From Methanomassiliicoccales archaeon (GTDB taxonomy: Archaea; Thermoplasmatota; Thermoplasmata; Methanomassiliicoccales; UBA472): 64,000 bases of DNA. The position numbers and the translations under genes were made by a program. Numbering within the stretch: the stretch's first letter is position 1; each line of letters starts with the position of its first letter. Positions 11,013 through 23,474 of this stretch are shown one piece after another. The stretch is taken from positions 21,965-85,964 of the forward strand of contig JAVYMA010000005.1 in NCBI GenBank assembly GCA_038740345.1, in the 5' to 3' direction. The notes under the pieces were generated by a model. That model was not told where the DNA came from, made no database searches, and saw nothing but the letters and a program-made list of their open reading frames with translations.

Positions 11013-11774
11013 TCAATCCGGTCTCAAATCCTCTCCACCCTGCGAATACTGCTGCACAGCGTTATAAATATCCTCCATTCCGAAGGGAGTCTCAGCGGAC
11101 ACGGGAGTGAGCTCACGATATACTCCCACGCTCTCCATAGCCCTCAAGAACTCGATGCTTTGGATGTTGCGAGCACTGAAATCCCCTTGGGTCAGGGCGG
11201 CGAAGAGCGACTCCGGCTCATTCGCCCATTCCTCCAGCTGCCTTAATTGCTCTTCTTCCAGGGTATCAGCCTTAGACAGAACGTTCAGGAAGGGGATGCT
11301 AAATCTGAACTGGACGGTGGCGCCGAGCATGAGGGTGGAGACGAAGCCATTGGGTGTTTTGGCGAGTGCAGGGTCGGAGAGGAAAACCAGGAAAGATTCC
11401 TCTCGGCCCAAGGCATCCACTATCACCTGACTAGACTGCCTGAAGGCAAAGAGCTCCATCTGCCCTGGCGTATCTATGAGTACATAAGGGACCTTGAAAC
11501 CCTCTATAACCTCGGCCAACTCCTTTACGTTCAGAGCCATCATGTCAGCGCAGACGATTTGAGCACCGTTGGGGCCGAGGGCATATTCCTTCATCACCTC
11601 CTCTACCCGCACCCAATCGCGAATGTCGACGTCTGGGTCGTAGGGTATGTATTCAGCTCCAGGATCTAGGTTGACAGTTATGCAATCCAAACCCTGCAGG
11701 GTCATCCATTCCTTGAAGGCCCATACAAGGGAGGATTTGCCGCTTCCCGCTGTTCCTATGAAGTAGATATTCAT
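11013..11774 (-). CDS. GPN-loop GTPase
   Basis: P-loop GTAGSGKSS, the diagnostic GPNG motif (YALGPNGAQI) and IDTPGQMELF are present. Confidence 0.85.
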   Translation of the reverse strand: MNIYFIGTAGSGKSSLVWAFKEWMTLQGLDCITVNLDPGAEYIPYDPDVDIRDWVRVEEVMKEYALGPNGAQIVCADMMALNVKELAEVIEGFKVPYVLIDTPGQMELFAFRQSSQVIVDALGREESFLVFLSDPALAKTPNGFVSTLMLGATVQFRFSIPFLNVLSKADTLEEEQLRQLEEWANEPESLFAALTQGDFSARNIQSIEFLRAMESVGVYRELTPVSAETPFGMEDIYNAVQQYSQGGEDLRPD

Positions 11775-12159
11775 CTTTTGCCTCCAAAGGGTCTACGAAG
11801 CTCCATGAGGGATTCAGGCTAAAAAGGTTAAGCGTAAAACGATAGGCATTAGTAGGTAAGCAAAGCCTTTTCTCATTATGAAGGCGATTGAATTACTTTT
11901 TGCTGTAATTTGTGCATTCCTTTGACCAGAAGTTACGACACAGATGTAGACTTGTAAAATCTTCCAGTTTTATAAGGATTGTAACTTCTTTAATTCTTTA
12001 ACTCTATTAAAATTAACATATCTTATAAAAATTCAAAAATGAATCGCATATCAAACAAAATTTTTAGACTGCTTCAATGGACACTTCCTTCGCTTGTTTT
12101 ATACTCTCTCATAAATTGCTACTGATTAAGCTAAGAAAAAGGTTTGGAGCTTTAATGGA

Positions 12160-14808
12160 TTAAAAAACGAAAATGGACATCAGAAAGAATATAGCTAAAA
12201 GAGGAAGGAAAATAGCCACCCACAGCAATTTCTTCCATTTCAATACCTGCCTTCCATCCATAGGCTCAAAAGGCATGAAACTGTATACTGCAGATAAAAG
12301 GTTCATGGAGCATGCCAGTATGGCAATAGGGAGGAACCAGCCTCCCAAAGGAATGAATAACAGGAAGATGCTGAAGACGCCTAGACTCACGAGTGGGCCA
12401 GCTCCGAACACTATGGCCTGCTGTTTGGGAGTGAGTTTTTTCGGATCGTTTATGACCGTCTTGGCAGGATAAGCATATACCAGACCGAAGAAAAATGAGG
12501 TGATCACCATCAGCACCATGCCTAATCCCCAGAATCTGTATTCCGCCACTGCGCCATACCTAGAGGCAACGTACCTGTGCGTCAGATCATGTAATAGAAT
12601 AGCGAAACCAGCCACGAGGACAAAGACCAATATGGTATTGGGATCCAACAGATCCTTCCGCTTCGCTATCATATAAGCGAAGCCCAGTAGGATAGAGGCC
12701 ACAGCCACGACCATGATCTCCCTGAGTGAGAAGCCCATTAGGAAAGGAGGCCTATGCTGCGCTAATTGCTTCCTGTATTTGCTCTCCGCTTTCATGAGAT
12801 AAGCACGAGATTGGAATCGTGCATAACCCTCCACGAAATCCTCAATCTTATCGAGGGGGAGCAGTTTTTTCGAGCCGGCAGCGATCTTTCCCAGCCACCG
12901 TGAAGTTGCCGAGGAATGAGTGGAACCTGCGGCGGAGCCGCTTGCATAACTAGAGGCAGAGCCTGCAGCAGCTGCCGCAAGCAGTCCGACAGTTGACCCC
13001 ACCACCACCGCACCGACCGTGCCAATAACTTGTTGGCTAGCATCTCTACGAGATGGAATCGGGATTTCACCTAATGCGCCCCTTATACACATAACGAAAA
13101 CATCGTCTGAGCCACTCGCATAAGTGTTGGTGTGGCCCACTGCTAAATAGCTCCCGTCCGATCTCTGGACCGCCACAGAGCCCGAGACCGGGAGTCCGGG
13201 CATTCCGAAGCTAGCCTCCCATGCCTTCTCTCCTTGCCCATCCACTCCAACCAGGTAGATGCTAGATAAGCCAAATGAGGTGGTCGAGCCGCCCAGCACG
13301 AAGCCGTCTGCCGCTTTGAAGAGGGAGGATCCTAGCTCCTCGCCTTGGCCTCCATAAGCCCTTTCCCACACTATTTCTCCTTGAGTCGTTGTTCTTACTA
13401 CATAGAGGTCATTGCCTCCGCTTCCCATCCCATCTGTATGTCCAGAAACAATGAAGCCCCCATCCGTTAGCTCCATAACATCATAAGCATAGGTCGATCC
13501 CGGGCCGAAATACCTCTGCCATAGAAGAGTTCCGTTAGCTGTTGTCCTGATAAGATAAGCCTTAGGCAAGTTAGCTCGAGATGTGTCAGAAAATGATTGC
13601 GTCCAACCTGATATGGCATAGCCCCCATCCGATGTCTGTATAACTTTCTTCCCCCAATCTCTCCCCGCGCCACCAAACGTCCTCTCCCATTCTACTATCC
13701 CAATATCATTGGTTTTTATAAGATAGAGATCTGAGCTACTCCTATATCCCGTAACAGCGAAGCCGCCATCAGAAGTCTGGACAACACTAAAGGCGACGTC
13801 ATTGATCCCTGTCCCTAAGGTCCTGCTCCATAGCATGGCGCCATCAATGGTCGTCTTGAAAAGCCAAATTCTGTACTGCTGCAAGTCGCTGCTCCAAGAG
13901 GCCCCAGCCACCACAAATCCTCCATCCGACGTCCTGGTCAAGCCATAGGTATAATCGCCTCCCCCATTGTCATACGTCTGAGCCCAAAGCACATTGCCAG
14001 AGTGGTCATATTTTATCAAATAAGTGTCATACTGATTCAGATTCGAACCTACTGGCTTTGTAATACCAAGAACCAAATATCCTCCATCCTCTGTGGCCAA
14101 GGCATTGAAACCCGCATCGCTATCTGGACCACCGACCACACTCCTCCAGGACGCCCAAGTGGAGCTCGCACTGTCCTTCTTCACTTCCTCGAAATGATAA
14201 TAGTCGTATTGGGTTGTGGATAGCCAGGGGGATACTGAGTCCATGCCGATCGCCTGGGAAGGCGCATCGGTCTCAATGTAAGTTTCAATAAGAACCCCGT
14301 CGAGATAAAGGGAGAGGACGTTTTCAACCATGGTCATGGTCATGGTGTACCAGCGGTAGCGTTCTAAGACCACCTGGCCCCAGCGCATCACTACTGAGTT
14401 GTCCCTATACAAAGCGAAATTGCTATAATATCCATCGAGTGCCCAGCCGTAGTTATGGCCCTCTGTTACAACATTTATGCCTATGGCTCCTTTTCCAGGA
14501 CCGAACTGTTCAATCCACATCCCTCTGACCTCGGCCATCCATTCAAAAATGCCAGGAGGGAACAATCTATGAGAGATGTAGGTAGGGGGCTCTGCAGTCA
14601 TCTCCAAGACCACACAACTATGATTTAGGTAGGTATGTTGAGGGACGCCTACAGTCCAGCCAGAGGCCTCCATCTCCTCAAATGTAAAGTAGTCCATGTG
14701 ATCCGTCCAAGAATACGCTGCCGATTCCGCTTTCACTTGTGGCAAGTCGATGACCGAAACTAAGACCAGCCAAGCAAGGAATACCGTGATAAGGAGCTGT
14801 TTTCTCAA
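12160..14808 (-). CDS. large surface/membrane protein: signal peptide, ConA/LamG-like domain, 7 SBBP-like propeller repeats, S2P/M50-like membrane domain with HDLTH
   Basis: 882-aa ORF with an N-terminal hydrophobic signal. Seven repeats of about 50 aa carry [ST]xDGG[FY]xxxG...LW. A TM helix and an Ala/Ser linker follow. The C-terminal polytopic domain has LLHDLTHRYVASRYG (12577-12591) and FMPFEPMDGRQV (about 12251-12279), resembling the M50 HExxH and LDG motifs. Confidence 0.8.
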   Translation of the reverse strand: MRKQLLITVFLAWLVLVSVIDLPQVKAESAAYSWTDHMDYFTFEEMEASGWTVGVPQHTYLNHSCVVLEMTAEPPTYISHRLFPPGIFEWMAEVRGMWIEQFGPGKGAIGINVVTEGHNYGWALDGYYSNFALYRDNSVVMRWGQVVLERYRWYTMTMTMVENVLSLYLDGVLIETYIETDAPSQAIGMDSVSPWLSTTQYDYYHFEEVKKDSASSTWASWRSVVGGPDSDAGFNALATEDGGYLVLGITKPVGSNLNQYDTYLIKYDHSGNVLWAQTYDNGGGDYTYGLTRTSDGGFVVAGASWSSDLQQYRIWLFKTTIDGAMLWSRTLGTGINDVAFSVVQTSDGGFAVTGYRSSSDLYLIKTNDIGIVEWERTFGGAGRDWGKKVIQTSDGGYAISGWTQSFSDTSRANLPKAYLIRTTANGTLLWQRYFGPGSTYAYDVMELTDGGFIVSGHTDGMGSGGNDLYVVRTTTQGEIVWERAYGGQGEELGSSLFKAADGFVLGGSTTSFGLSSIYLVGVDGQGEKAWEASFGMPGLPVSGSVAVQRSDGSYLAVGHTNTYASGSDDVFVMCIRGALGEIPIPSRRDASQQVIGTVGAVVVGSTVGLLAAAAAGSASSYASGSAAGSTHSSATSRWLGKIAAGSKKLLPLDKIEDFVEGYARFQSRAYLMKAESKYRKQLAQHRPPFLMGFSLREIMVVAVASILLGFAYMIAKRKDLLDPNTILVFVLVAGFAILLHDLTHRYVASRYGAVAEYRFWGLGMVLMVITSFFFGLVYAYPAKTVINDPKKLTPKQQAIVFGAGPLVSLGVFSIFLLFIPLGGWFLPIAILACSMNLLSAVYSFMPFEPMDGRQVLKWKKLLWVAIFLPLLAIFFLMSIFVF

Positions 14809-15015
14809 CTAGGCCCCTCCCCCTGAAATAAGAATAGAATCCAAGTGAATAATAGCATTATCGATTGAGAGAATGCTCGAATTTCATTTTGGGTTCAGTC
14901 ATTAAGGTTCTGGATTATTTGTGAGATTGAAATACGCTCGATTCACGAAGACAGGAAAACTCATATAATTCCGAATTCGGCACTAAAAAATAAGATGACA
15001 GGGTATTTCTTAGAG

Positions 15016-15089
15016 CGGGCCCGGTGGGATTCGAACCCACGGCCCATCGGTTAAGAGCCGATTGCTCTACCTAGCTGAGCTACGGGCCC
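15016..15089 (-). tRNA. tRNA-Lys (anticodon CUU)
   Basis: The reverse complement folds by hand into a cloverleaf: acceptor GGGCCCG/CGGGCCC, D-arm GCTC..GAGC, anticodon stem ATCGG/CCGAT with loop CTCTTAA (anticodon CTT), and T-arm GTGGG-TTCGAAT-CCCAC. CCA is not encoded. Confidence 0.9.
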
Positions 15090-15114
15090 GTGCTTGCGCC
15101 AAATAGGATTGCCG

Positions 15115-15122
15115 TTAATAAA
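15115..15122 (-). promoter_or_regulatory. candidate TATA box for tRNA-Lys
   Basis: TTTATTAA on the minus strand lies 26-33 nt upstream of the mature tRNA 5' end, the expected archaeal TATA position. Confidence 0.4.
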
Positions 15123-15166
15123 GATATCGTATTAGTTGTGATGTGATCATGAATTCGCCTGGACAA

Positions 15167-16006
15167 TTATCCTTTATCAATTATTATCTCTTGTGCCTTG
15201 CCTCTTTTGATCAAGGCCTTCGCTATCTTGCTTGGAAGGGTGATGATGTCCTCTTTGCTCAACTCATATACCCCTGAGGTGGTCGTGAAAGGGGGAATGT
15301 TCTCCAACACGCGAACCAGGACCTCATCGGAATTTCGGCCTAAAGGCATGGAAGCTTTTGCTGACAAGCCTGATGCTTCCAATACCTCTTTTCTAGCATC
15401 GATGTTTTCTATGCTCAAAGGTTTTGCTTCATCCATCTCAGGAGGAGGGCTTTCCTTCAGCATGACCTCCACCTGTTCGGAGGGCGAAGGAGAGGGGATG
15501 GTTGGTTGAGAGCCTTTTTTAGGCTCTTCCGTTCTTATGTTTTGGACCTTGTCTTCACTTACTTGAGATGTCTGTGCTGAGCGAGAGAGGGGGATATAGG
15601 CAGGTCGGGGAAGATCCAAGAGACCGTTTCGCATCCCTTGCACCTGTGCCAAAGCGGTCTCGAACAACCTTCTTTCCTCATCTGTCAGGCGCGCTTGCTC
15701 CACCTTACCGCCAGCAGCAGCCAAGACGGCCATGTGCATGATCTTATCAGCCCTGATATCGAATATTTGCAAGGCTTTCTCTCGTACTTTGGAGATCATC
15801 TGACTGAGTTGTCTTGCCTTGGCTCCGTAAGAATCTATTGCCGCCTCTTTCTCGTATTCCCGCCGCAACTGTTCCATTAGCGTTCTCAGCGCTGAGTAGA
15901 AGTCCTGCCTTAGCGAGGTCAGACTGGCTGACTTCTTCTCCTCCCTATAAACGTTGGTCACGTCCTCATAGGTGAGTGGTTCCAGAGGCGGTGGCATTAA
16001 AGACAC
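15167..16006 (-). CDS. GINS-like protein (Gins51-type) with long S/P/E-rich linker
   Basis: The N-terminal helical block (YREEKKSASLTSLRQDFYSAL...IFDIRADKIMHMAV) resembles archaeal Gins51 A-domains. A small C-terminal domain follows an acidic/Pro-rich linker of about 90 aa. Called from memory only. Confidence 0.45.
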   Translation of the reverse strand: MSLMPPPLEPLTYEDVTNVYREEKKSASLTSLRQDFYSALRTLMEQLRREYEKEAAIDSYGAKARQLSQMISKVREKALQIFDIRADKIMHMAVLAAAGGKVEQARLTDEERRLFETALAQVQGMRNGLLDLPRPAYIPLSRSAQTSQVSEDKVQNIRTEEPKKGSQPTIPSPSPSEQVEVMLKESPPPEMDEAKPLSIENIDARKEVLEASGLSAKASMPLGRNSDEVLVRVLENIPPFTTTSGVYELSKEDIITLPSKIAKALIKRGKAQEIIIDKG

Positions 16007-16058
16007 ATTTGAATGAGGATATTTGATGGTTTAGGGTTTGTTTTATTCGTTTGTGCAT

Positions 16059-16412
16059 ATGAAACGGAAAACCTATTTCCCCGCATACTCCTTCTATGAT
16101 TCCGTGGACGCTCATTCCATTCTCAGAGAAAAAGAGTCAGGAGTAGAGCTCGATATTATCGTCTCCCCCTCAAGCGCTAGGAGCGAGATTGTAGGTATTG
16201 ATGAGTGGAGAAAGAGATTGTTAGTGAGGGTTTGCTCTCCCCCAGAAAAGGGACAGGCGAATCAGGAGCTGGTGTCACTATTGAGCAGGCTCTTCTCAAC
16301 ACCTGTGGAGATTGTGCGAGGACATTCCTCTAGGCAAAAAACCGTATTCATATCGACTTCGGTGGAAAAGGCAATGAGGATGGTCGAGGCGCTTTCGACA
16401 AAAAAGAGTTAG
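16059..16412 (+). CDS. DUF167/YggU-family protein
   Basis: The core VSPSSARSEIVGIDEWRKRLLVRVCSPPEKGQANQELVSLLS is typical of UPF0235/DUF167. I moved the start to the ATG at 16059; the ORF track begins at a TTG at 16038. Confidence 0.7.
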   Translation: MKRKTYFPAYSFYDSVDAHSILREKESGVELDIIVSPSSARSEIVGIDEWRKRLLVRVCSPPEKGQANQELVSLLSRLFSTPVEIVRGHSSRQKTVFISTSVEKAMRMVEALSTKKS

Positions 16413-16965
16413 ACCGCCTTCTGAAAAATTTTTCCTGGACTTAGGCTATTATAGATTCAAACCTCAATTAACGCTCAATATGTTGCAAATAGGAATGATT
16501 TGCCAGAACTCAAAACACATTTAATCGTTAGATGGTGAAAATACACTCAGAGACTGAGATGACCTTCCAAGTCTGTCCTACATCAACCTTTTCATCTACA
16601 AACTCCATCAAACCCCCATCCAGTAATGTCATTTCCTAATGGACTCATGTTTGAGTCAAAACGATATTGTCTTTGGGGATAGTTTGTCTTCTTGAGCATT
16701 ACCGTATCTTTCTGGCACCTCGGAGGTATTAAACAATGCCACCCTGCAATTAGTTAGATGTGCATTTATGTCTATTTGAAAATTTACTTAGGTAGAAATG
16801 CTTATCTTGCCGCCGAGAAGGACTTGATAGGTAGCGACTTTTTCTATGTGGTCCTAAATATGAAGCTTTGAACAAGATTTTAAACGCTAAAGCTCCCGAT
16901 TACGATTCTTTTGAGGTTTCCATTTTCAATAATAATAATTGTTAAATAATGCCGTTTCGCAATGA

Positions 16966-19212
<2,247 letters not shown>

Positions 19213-19380
19213 GCCCATAGATACCCCTAGCGGTGTTCCCCTTCAAACAACCTCAAACTGGAAAAGGCCTCTCCTTCCTTTGGCCAGGGCCCTGGCACGA
19301 ATCGACCGCAGCAGGAGGTCTATACAGCCGATCACTCAATTAATATTCCGTCATCATTTACTAAACGGTAGGAGTTTTTC

Positions 19381-19872
19381 ATGAGAGACCCCGAGGACAC
19401 CTTAGAGGAGCTAACTTCCATCCTCGATGAACTGAGGGAAAGAAGCCACAGCATGGTGGTCCTGGTGGAGGGGCAAAAGGACAGGGCTGCCATGTCCTTG
19501 CTCGGTGTGGATGGTGAGGTTTGGCAGGTTCAGGGACCAAATGGCATATTTTCCACCGCGGAGAGGCTAGCCAAGGAGCGAAAGGGAGCCATCATTCTAA
19601 CTGATTGGGATCGGAAGGGGGGCCAGCTGGCCCGCATGCTAAGGGAGGCTTTGAAGGCCAATGCCGTGCCCTATGACGACCAGATTCGAATGCGTCTCGT
19701 GATCCTGGTGAAGACAGAGATAAAGGATATCGAGTCTCTTCCTGCCTTCTTTACCAGATTGGTGTCTCTGTCCCAAGCTCAAGTCTTGGAAGTGCAAATC
19801 GAGGATCAGAGGGTGAGCGGGTCGACCAGTAAGCGATTATCTGGTTCTGGCAGAAAGGGTAGCAAGGAATAG
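19381..19872 (+). CDS. small Toprim-domain protein (UPF0292-like)
   Basis: VVLVEGQKDRAAM (Toprim Glu) and IILTDWDRKGGQL (DxD) motifs are present. Confidence 0.6.
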   Translation: MRDPEDTLEELTSILDELRERSHSMVVLVEGQKDRAAMSLLGVDGEVWQVQGPNGIFSTAERLAKERKGAIILTDWDRKGGQLARMLREALKANAVPYDDQIRMRLVILVKTEIKDIESLPAFFTRLVSLSQAQVLEVQIEDQRVSGSTSKRLSGSGRKGSKE

Positions 19873-19926
19873 GAATGCATCATCAGCAATATTTTTAATT
19901 TCGTATTGGGTAGCGAGGATGTTAAC

Positions 19927-21249
19927 ATGAAGCGCGCTGGAGAGATGCTTTCCGAGCTGGGGTTGACCAGCATCGACCAGTTGTTCGAGGATATACCGCC
20001 TGAAGTGCGCATCAACGGCCTACATCTACCAGCAGGGATTTCGGAGGCCGAGGTGCTGCGAGAGATCAGAACCATGATGGCCATGAATCTGGATGCAGAA
20101 GGGCGTCCCTGTTTCCTAGGCGCGGGCATATATAACCATTTCATCCCCTCGGCGGTAAAGACCATCGTAACCAGATCGGAATTCATCACTTCCTACACAC
20201 CTTATCAGCCTGAGATCAGCCAGGGATTGTTGCAAGCGCTTTTCGAATACCAGAGTTACATTGCCGAGCTCACTGGCCTGGAAGCGGTGAACTCCAGCAA
20301 CTATGATGCCTCGACCGCGCTGGGAGAGGCGGCTACCATGTGCATGCGCCTCAACGAGCGCAAACGCTTCCTGATCCCTGAGGCCATGAACTGGGAGAAG
20401 AAGTCCGTGCTTCAGAATTACTGCTCTGGTCCAGGTATAGAAGTGGTAGAGTATTCCTATGACCCTTACACGGGAGAATTGGACCTGGAGGATTTGCGCG
20501 CGAAGGTTACACCGGATACGTCTGGCATATATGTCGAGGTTCCGAATTTCTTCGGTGTCATCGATTCCCATGCTCCTCTCCTAAAAAAGGAATTCCCCGA
20601 AGCTGCTCTGGTGGTGGGGGTCAACCCCATCTCCTTGGGGATCCTAAAGGCACCTGGCGATTATGGAGCCGACATATGCATCGGGGAGGGACAACCTTTG
20701 GGCATACCCATGAACTTCGGTGGACCGCTCCTAGGTATATTCGCCTGCCGTCAGGAGCACGTGCGCAAGATGCCGGGACGTGTCATAGGCATGACCAAGG
20801 ACGCAGAGGGGGAGAGGGCGTTCTGCATGACCTTGCAGACCAGGGAGCAGCATATCCGGCGCTCCAAGGCCACGTCCAACATATGCACTAATGAGGCTCT
20901 CTTGGCGGTGGCAGCGGCTGCTTACCTGGGCATATTGGGGAGGGAAGGATTGCGCACCCTGGCCAAGATAAACATATCACGCGCTCGTAAGCTGCAAGCT
21001 CTAATCGACCAATTGGACGGCTTTGACTCGCCCATCTTCGACTCCTACCATTTCAATGAGTTCGTGATCCGGACACCGCTGAGACCGGAGAAGCTGAACA
21101 AGCTGTTGCTTAGGAAGGGCATCCTAGGAGGACTACCTCTTCACCGCCATATTCGCCAACTTCCAGACCACATGCTGCTTTGCGCCACCGAGCTCACCTC
21201 CGATGAGGATATGGAGCGCTTGATAAGCGCGCTAAAGGAGGTGGTCTGA
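19927..21249 (+). CDS. gcvPA: glycine dehydrogenase (aminomethyl-transferring) subunit 1
   Basis: The sequence shows GcvPA family similarity throughout (TSYTPYQPEISQG, RREQHIRRSKATSNICTNEAL). Its stop overlaps the gcvPB start (TGATG). The ORF track starts at a TTG at 19906. Confidence 0.88.
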   Translation: MKRAGEMLSELGLTSIDQLFEDIPPEVRINGLHLPAGISEAEVLREIRTMMAMNLDAEGRPCFLGAGIYNHFIPSAVKTIVTRSEFITSYTPYQPEISQGLLQALFEYQSYIAELTGLEAVNSSNYDASTALGEAATMCMRLNERKRFLIPEAMNWEKKSVLQNYCSGPGIEVVEYSYDPYTGELDLEDLRAKVTPDTSGIYVEVPNFFGVIDSHAPLLKKEFPEAALVVGVNPISLGILKAPGDYGADICIGEGQPLGIPMNFGGPLLGIFACRQEHVRKMPGRVIGMTKDAEGERAFCMTLQTREQHIRRSKATSNICTNEALLAVAAAAYLGILGREGLRTLAKINISRARKLQALIDQLDGFDSPIFDSYHFNEFVIRTPLRPEKLNKLLLRKGILGGLPLHRHIRQLPDHMLLCATELTSDEDMERLISALKEVV

Positions 21250-22733
21250 TGTACCGCCAGGCCAGGCATGACAGACGCCTGATATTCGAGTTGGACGGTA
21301 AATCTGAGATCGACCTTCCTCATTCCGATGAGGTAGAAAGGCTGGAGGACTTGGCCCCCCCCGAGCTCCTAAGGGAATCCCTGGACCTCCCCTCCCTGCC
21401 GGAGAGGGAGGTGGTGAGGCATTACGTCAATCTCAGCCAGATGAATTTCGGAGTGGACAACGGCATTTATCCATTGGGATCCTGCACGATGAAGTACAAT
21501 CCCAAATACGGGGATGTCCTGTCCTCGCTGCCAGGCGTAGCCAGCATACATCCCTATCAAGAGGAGGAGTCGATACAGGGTGCCTTGCGCCTGATGTACG
21601 AGCTGGAAAAGGCGCTGTGCGAGATATCGGGGATGGACGCGGTGACGCTGCAGCCCGCCGCCGGTGCGCACGGAGAGTTCACCGGGATGCTCCTGGCCAA
21701 AGCCTATCATGCCAAAAAGGGGGAGCAAAGAACGCAGGTGGTGGTGCCTGATTCCGCGCATGGGACTAATCCAGCTAGCGCGGCTATGGCCGGGTTCGAG
21801 GTCATAGAGATTCCTTCAGGACCAGACGGCTGCGTGGACTTAGAGGCTTTGGATGCGGCGGTGAGCGAGAGGACCGCAGCCTTCATGATCACAAACCCCA
21901 ACACCTTAGGCATCTTCGAAGCGCGAATCAGGGATATTGCCAGGATAGTGCATGAGGCGGGAGCGTTGCTGTATTATGACGGGGCCAATCTCAACGCAGT
22001 CATGGGGAAGACCTCTCCTGGCATCATGGACTTTGACATCGTCCACTTCAACCTTCACAAGACCTTCGCCACTCCTCATGGCGGAGGGGGTCCAGGCGCA
22101 GGCCCAGTGGGCGTAAAGAAGAAACTGGAGCCTTTCCTCCCCGTTCCGAGGATAGTCCTGCGTGAAGGTCGCTATCATTTGGAATATGATATGCCGGATT
22201 CTATTGGCAAGGTGAGAGCCTTCTACGGCAACTTCGCCGTGTTAGTGCGCGCCTATGCCTACATTTTGAGACAGGGCGGGAACGGGCTTAAGGAGGCTTC
22301 AGAGAGAGCAGTGCTCAATGCCAACTATCTGAAGCACCGATTAGCCTCAGTCTATCCTGCACCATATAAAGAGCTAAGGAAGCATGAGTTCGTGGTCTCA
22401 TGCAAGAAATTGAAAGAAGAGAAAGGTATAAGAGCGCTGGATGTGGCGAAGAGATTGCTGGACTACGGTATGCATGCCCCCACGGTATATTTCCCTTCTC
22501 TGGTAGAAGAGGCGTTGATGATCGAGCCTACCGAGTCTGAGACCAAGGGTACGCTGGACCGATTTGCTGAGGCTCTGCTGCGCATAGCCTCCGAAGACCC
22601 CCAGCTAGTCAAGTCCTCTCCCCACAATACCTCAGTCAAGCGTGTGGACGAGGTTCAAGCAGCAAAAGAAGCCATACTCTCATACCGCGCCTATCGGCGC
22701 AGGATGATGAGGGGAGCTGAAAAAGGGAGCTAA
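21249..22733 (+). CDS. gcvPB: glycine dehydrogenase (aminomethyl-transferring) subunit 2
   Basis: The PLP-lysine region HFNLHKTFATPHGGGGPG is present, and the start is translationally coupled to gcvPA. Confidence 0.9.
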   Translation: MYRQARHDRRLIFELDGKSEIDLPHSDEVERLEDLAPPELLRESLDLPSLPEREVVRHYVNLSQMNFGVDNGIYPLGSCTMKYNPKYGDVLSSLPGVASIHPYQEEESIQGALRLMYELEKALCEISGMDAVTLQPAAGAHGEFTGMLLAKAYHAKKGEQRTQVVVPDSAHGTNPASAAMAGFEVIEIPSGPDGCVDLEALDAAVSERTAAFMITNPNTLGIFEARIRDIARIVHEAGALLYYDGANLNAVMGKTSPGIMDFDIVHFNLHKTFATPHGGGGPGAGPVGVKKKLEPFLPVPRIVLREGRYHLEYDMPDSIGKVRAFYGNFAVLVRAYAYILRQGGNGLKEASERAVLNANYLKHRLASVYPAPYKELRKHEFVVSCKKLKEEKGIRALDVAKRLLDYGMHAPTVYFPSLVEEALMIEPTESETKGTLDRFAEALLRIASEDPQLVKSSPHNTSVKRVDEVQAAKEAILSYRAYRRRMMRGAEKGS

Positions 22734-22775
22734 AGCAAGGAGAATTATTTTCTCAAAGAAGTCAATGGCTGGGAT

Positions 22776-23450
22776 ATGATGGCATCGACGGAGTGGGTAG
22801 AGGAGGCGAGGCAGGAGGCGGCCTCAGCGGAGCGACCGTACCATGGTCTTTTTGTGGTATTCGAGGGCATCGATGGCTCGGGAAAGACGACAGTGTCGAA
22901 GATTGTCTTCGAGGCCCTGTCTGCCTCCATGCCTGAGAGGGTTCTGCTCACCTCCGAGCCGACTCATTCCTTCATCGGGGAGGCGGTTCGCCGCGCCAAT
23001 ACCATGGACGTTGATCTTGTGGCTGAAGCCCTGCTATTCGTTGCCGACCGAGCAGAGCATACCCGCCAGATCGTACGATGGCTGCAGCAAGGGAAGCTGG
23101 TGATATGCGATAGATACTATGCCAGCACTATTGCTTATCAAGGAGCTTTACTCCCTTCTCGCTTAGGAGGTAGAGGAAGGGCAGTAGAATGGCTCAAATT
23201 GGTCAACGAACCTGCCATCGTGAAGCCTGACCTCACTCTGCTTCTCTCCCTGCCTGTGCCCTTGGCCTTGGAGAGGTTGAGCGGCAGGAGGGGGCTAACC
23301 AAATTCGAGTACGAACACTACCTGCGCGAAGTCGAGGTCATCTATCGCCAGTTGGCCGCAGAGGACAGTTCTTTCGTCTCCTTGGACGCCTCCAGATCAG
23401 TGGAAGAGGTGGCGCGAGAGGCATTGCGACATATAAGAAGCAAGATTTAA
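22776..23450 (+). CDS. tmk: thymidylate kinase
   Basis: P-loop FEGIDGSGKTT and DRY motif (CDRYYAST). Confidence 0.8.
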   Translation: MMASTEWVEEARQEAASAERPYHGLFVVFEGIDGSGKTTVSKIVFEALSASMPERVLLTSEPTHSFIGEAVRRANTMDVDLVAEALLFVADRAEHTRQIVRWLQQGKLVICDRYYASTIAYQGALLPSRLGGRGRAVEWLKLVNEPAIVKPDLTLLLSLPVPLALERLSGRRGLTKFEYEHYLREVEVIYRQLAAEDSSFVSLDASRSVEEVAREALRHIRSKI

Positions 23451-23474
23451 GCAAATCATCGGGGATGGCTCCTC

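Noticed and set aside
12160-15089. A possible genomic island integrated at tRNA-Lys and carrying the 882-aa surface protein.
   Set aside because: No integrase was found, and I could find no partial duplicate of the tRNA 3' half (att site). GC content of the large gene does not look clearly different from its neighbours, apart from the TM-rich 3' end.
16540-16600. A CUGAGA motif suggestive of a TPP riboswitch core (also near 31768).
   Set aside because: The rest of the THI-box is absent: the ACCUGAUCUGGAUAAUGCCAGCG-type helix and the pairing partners are missing.
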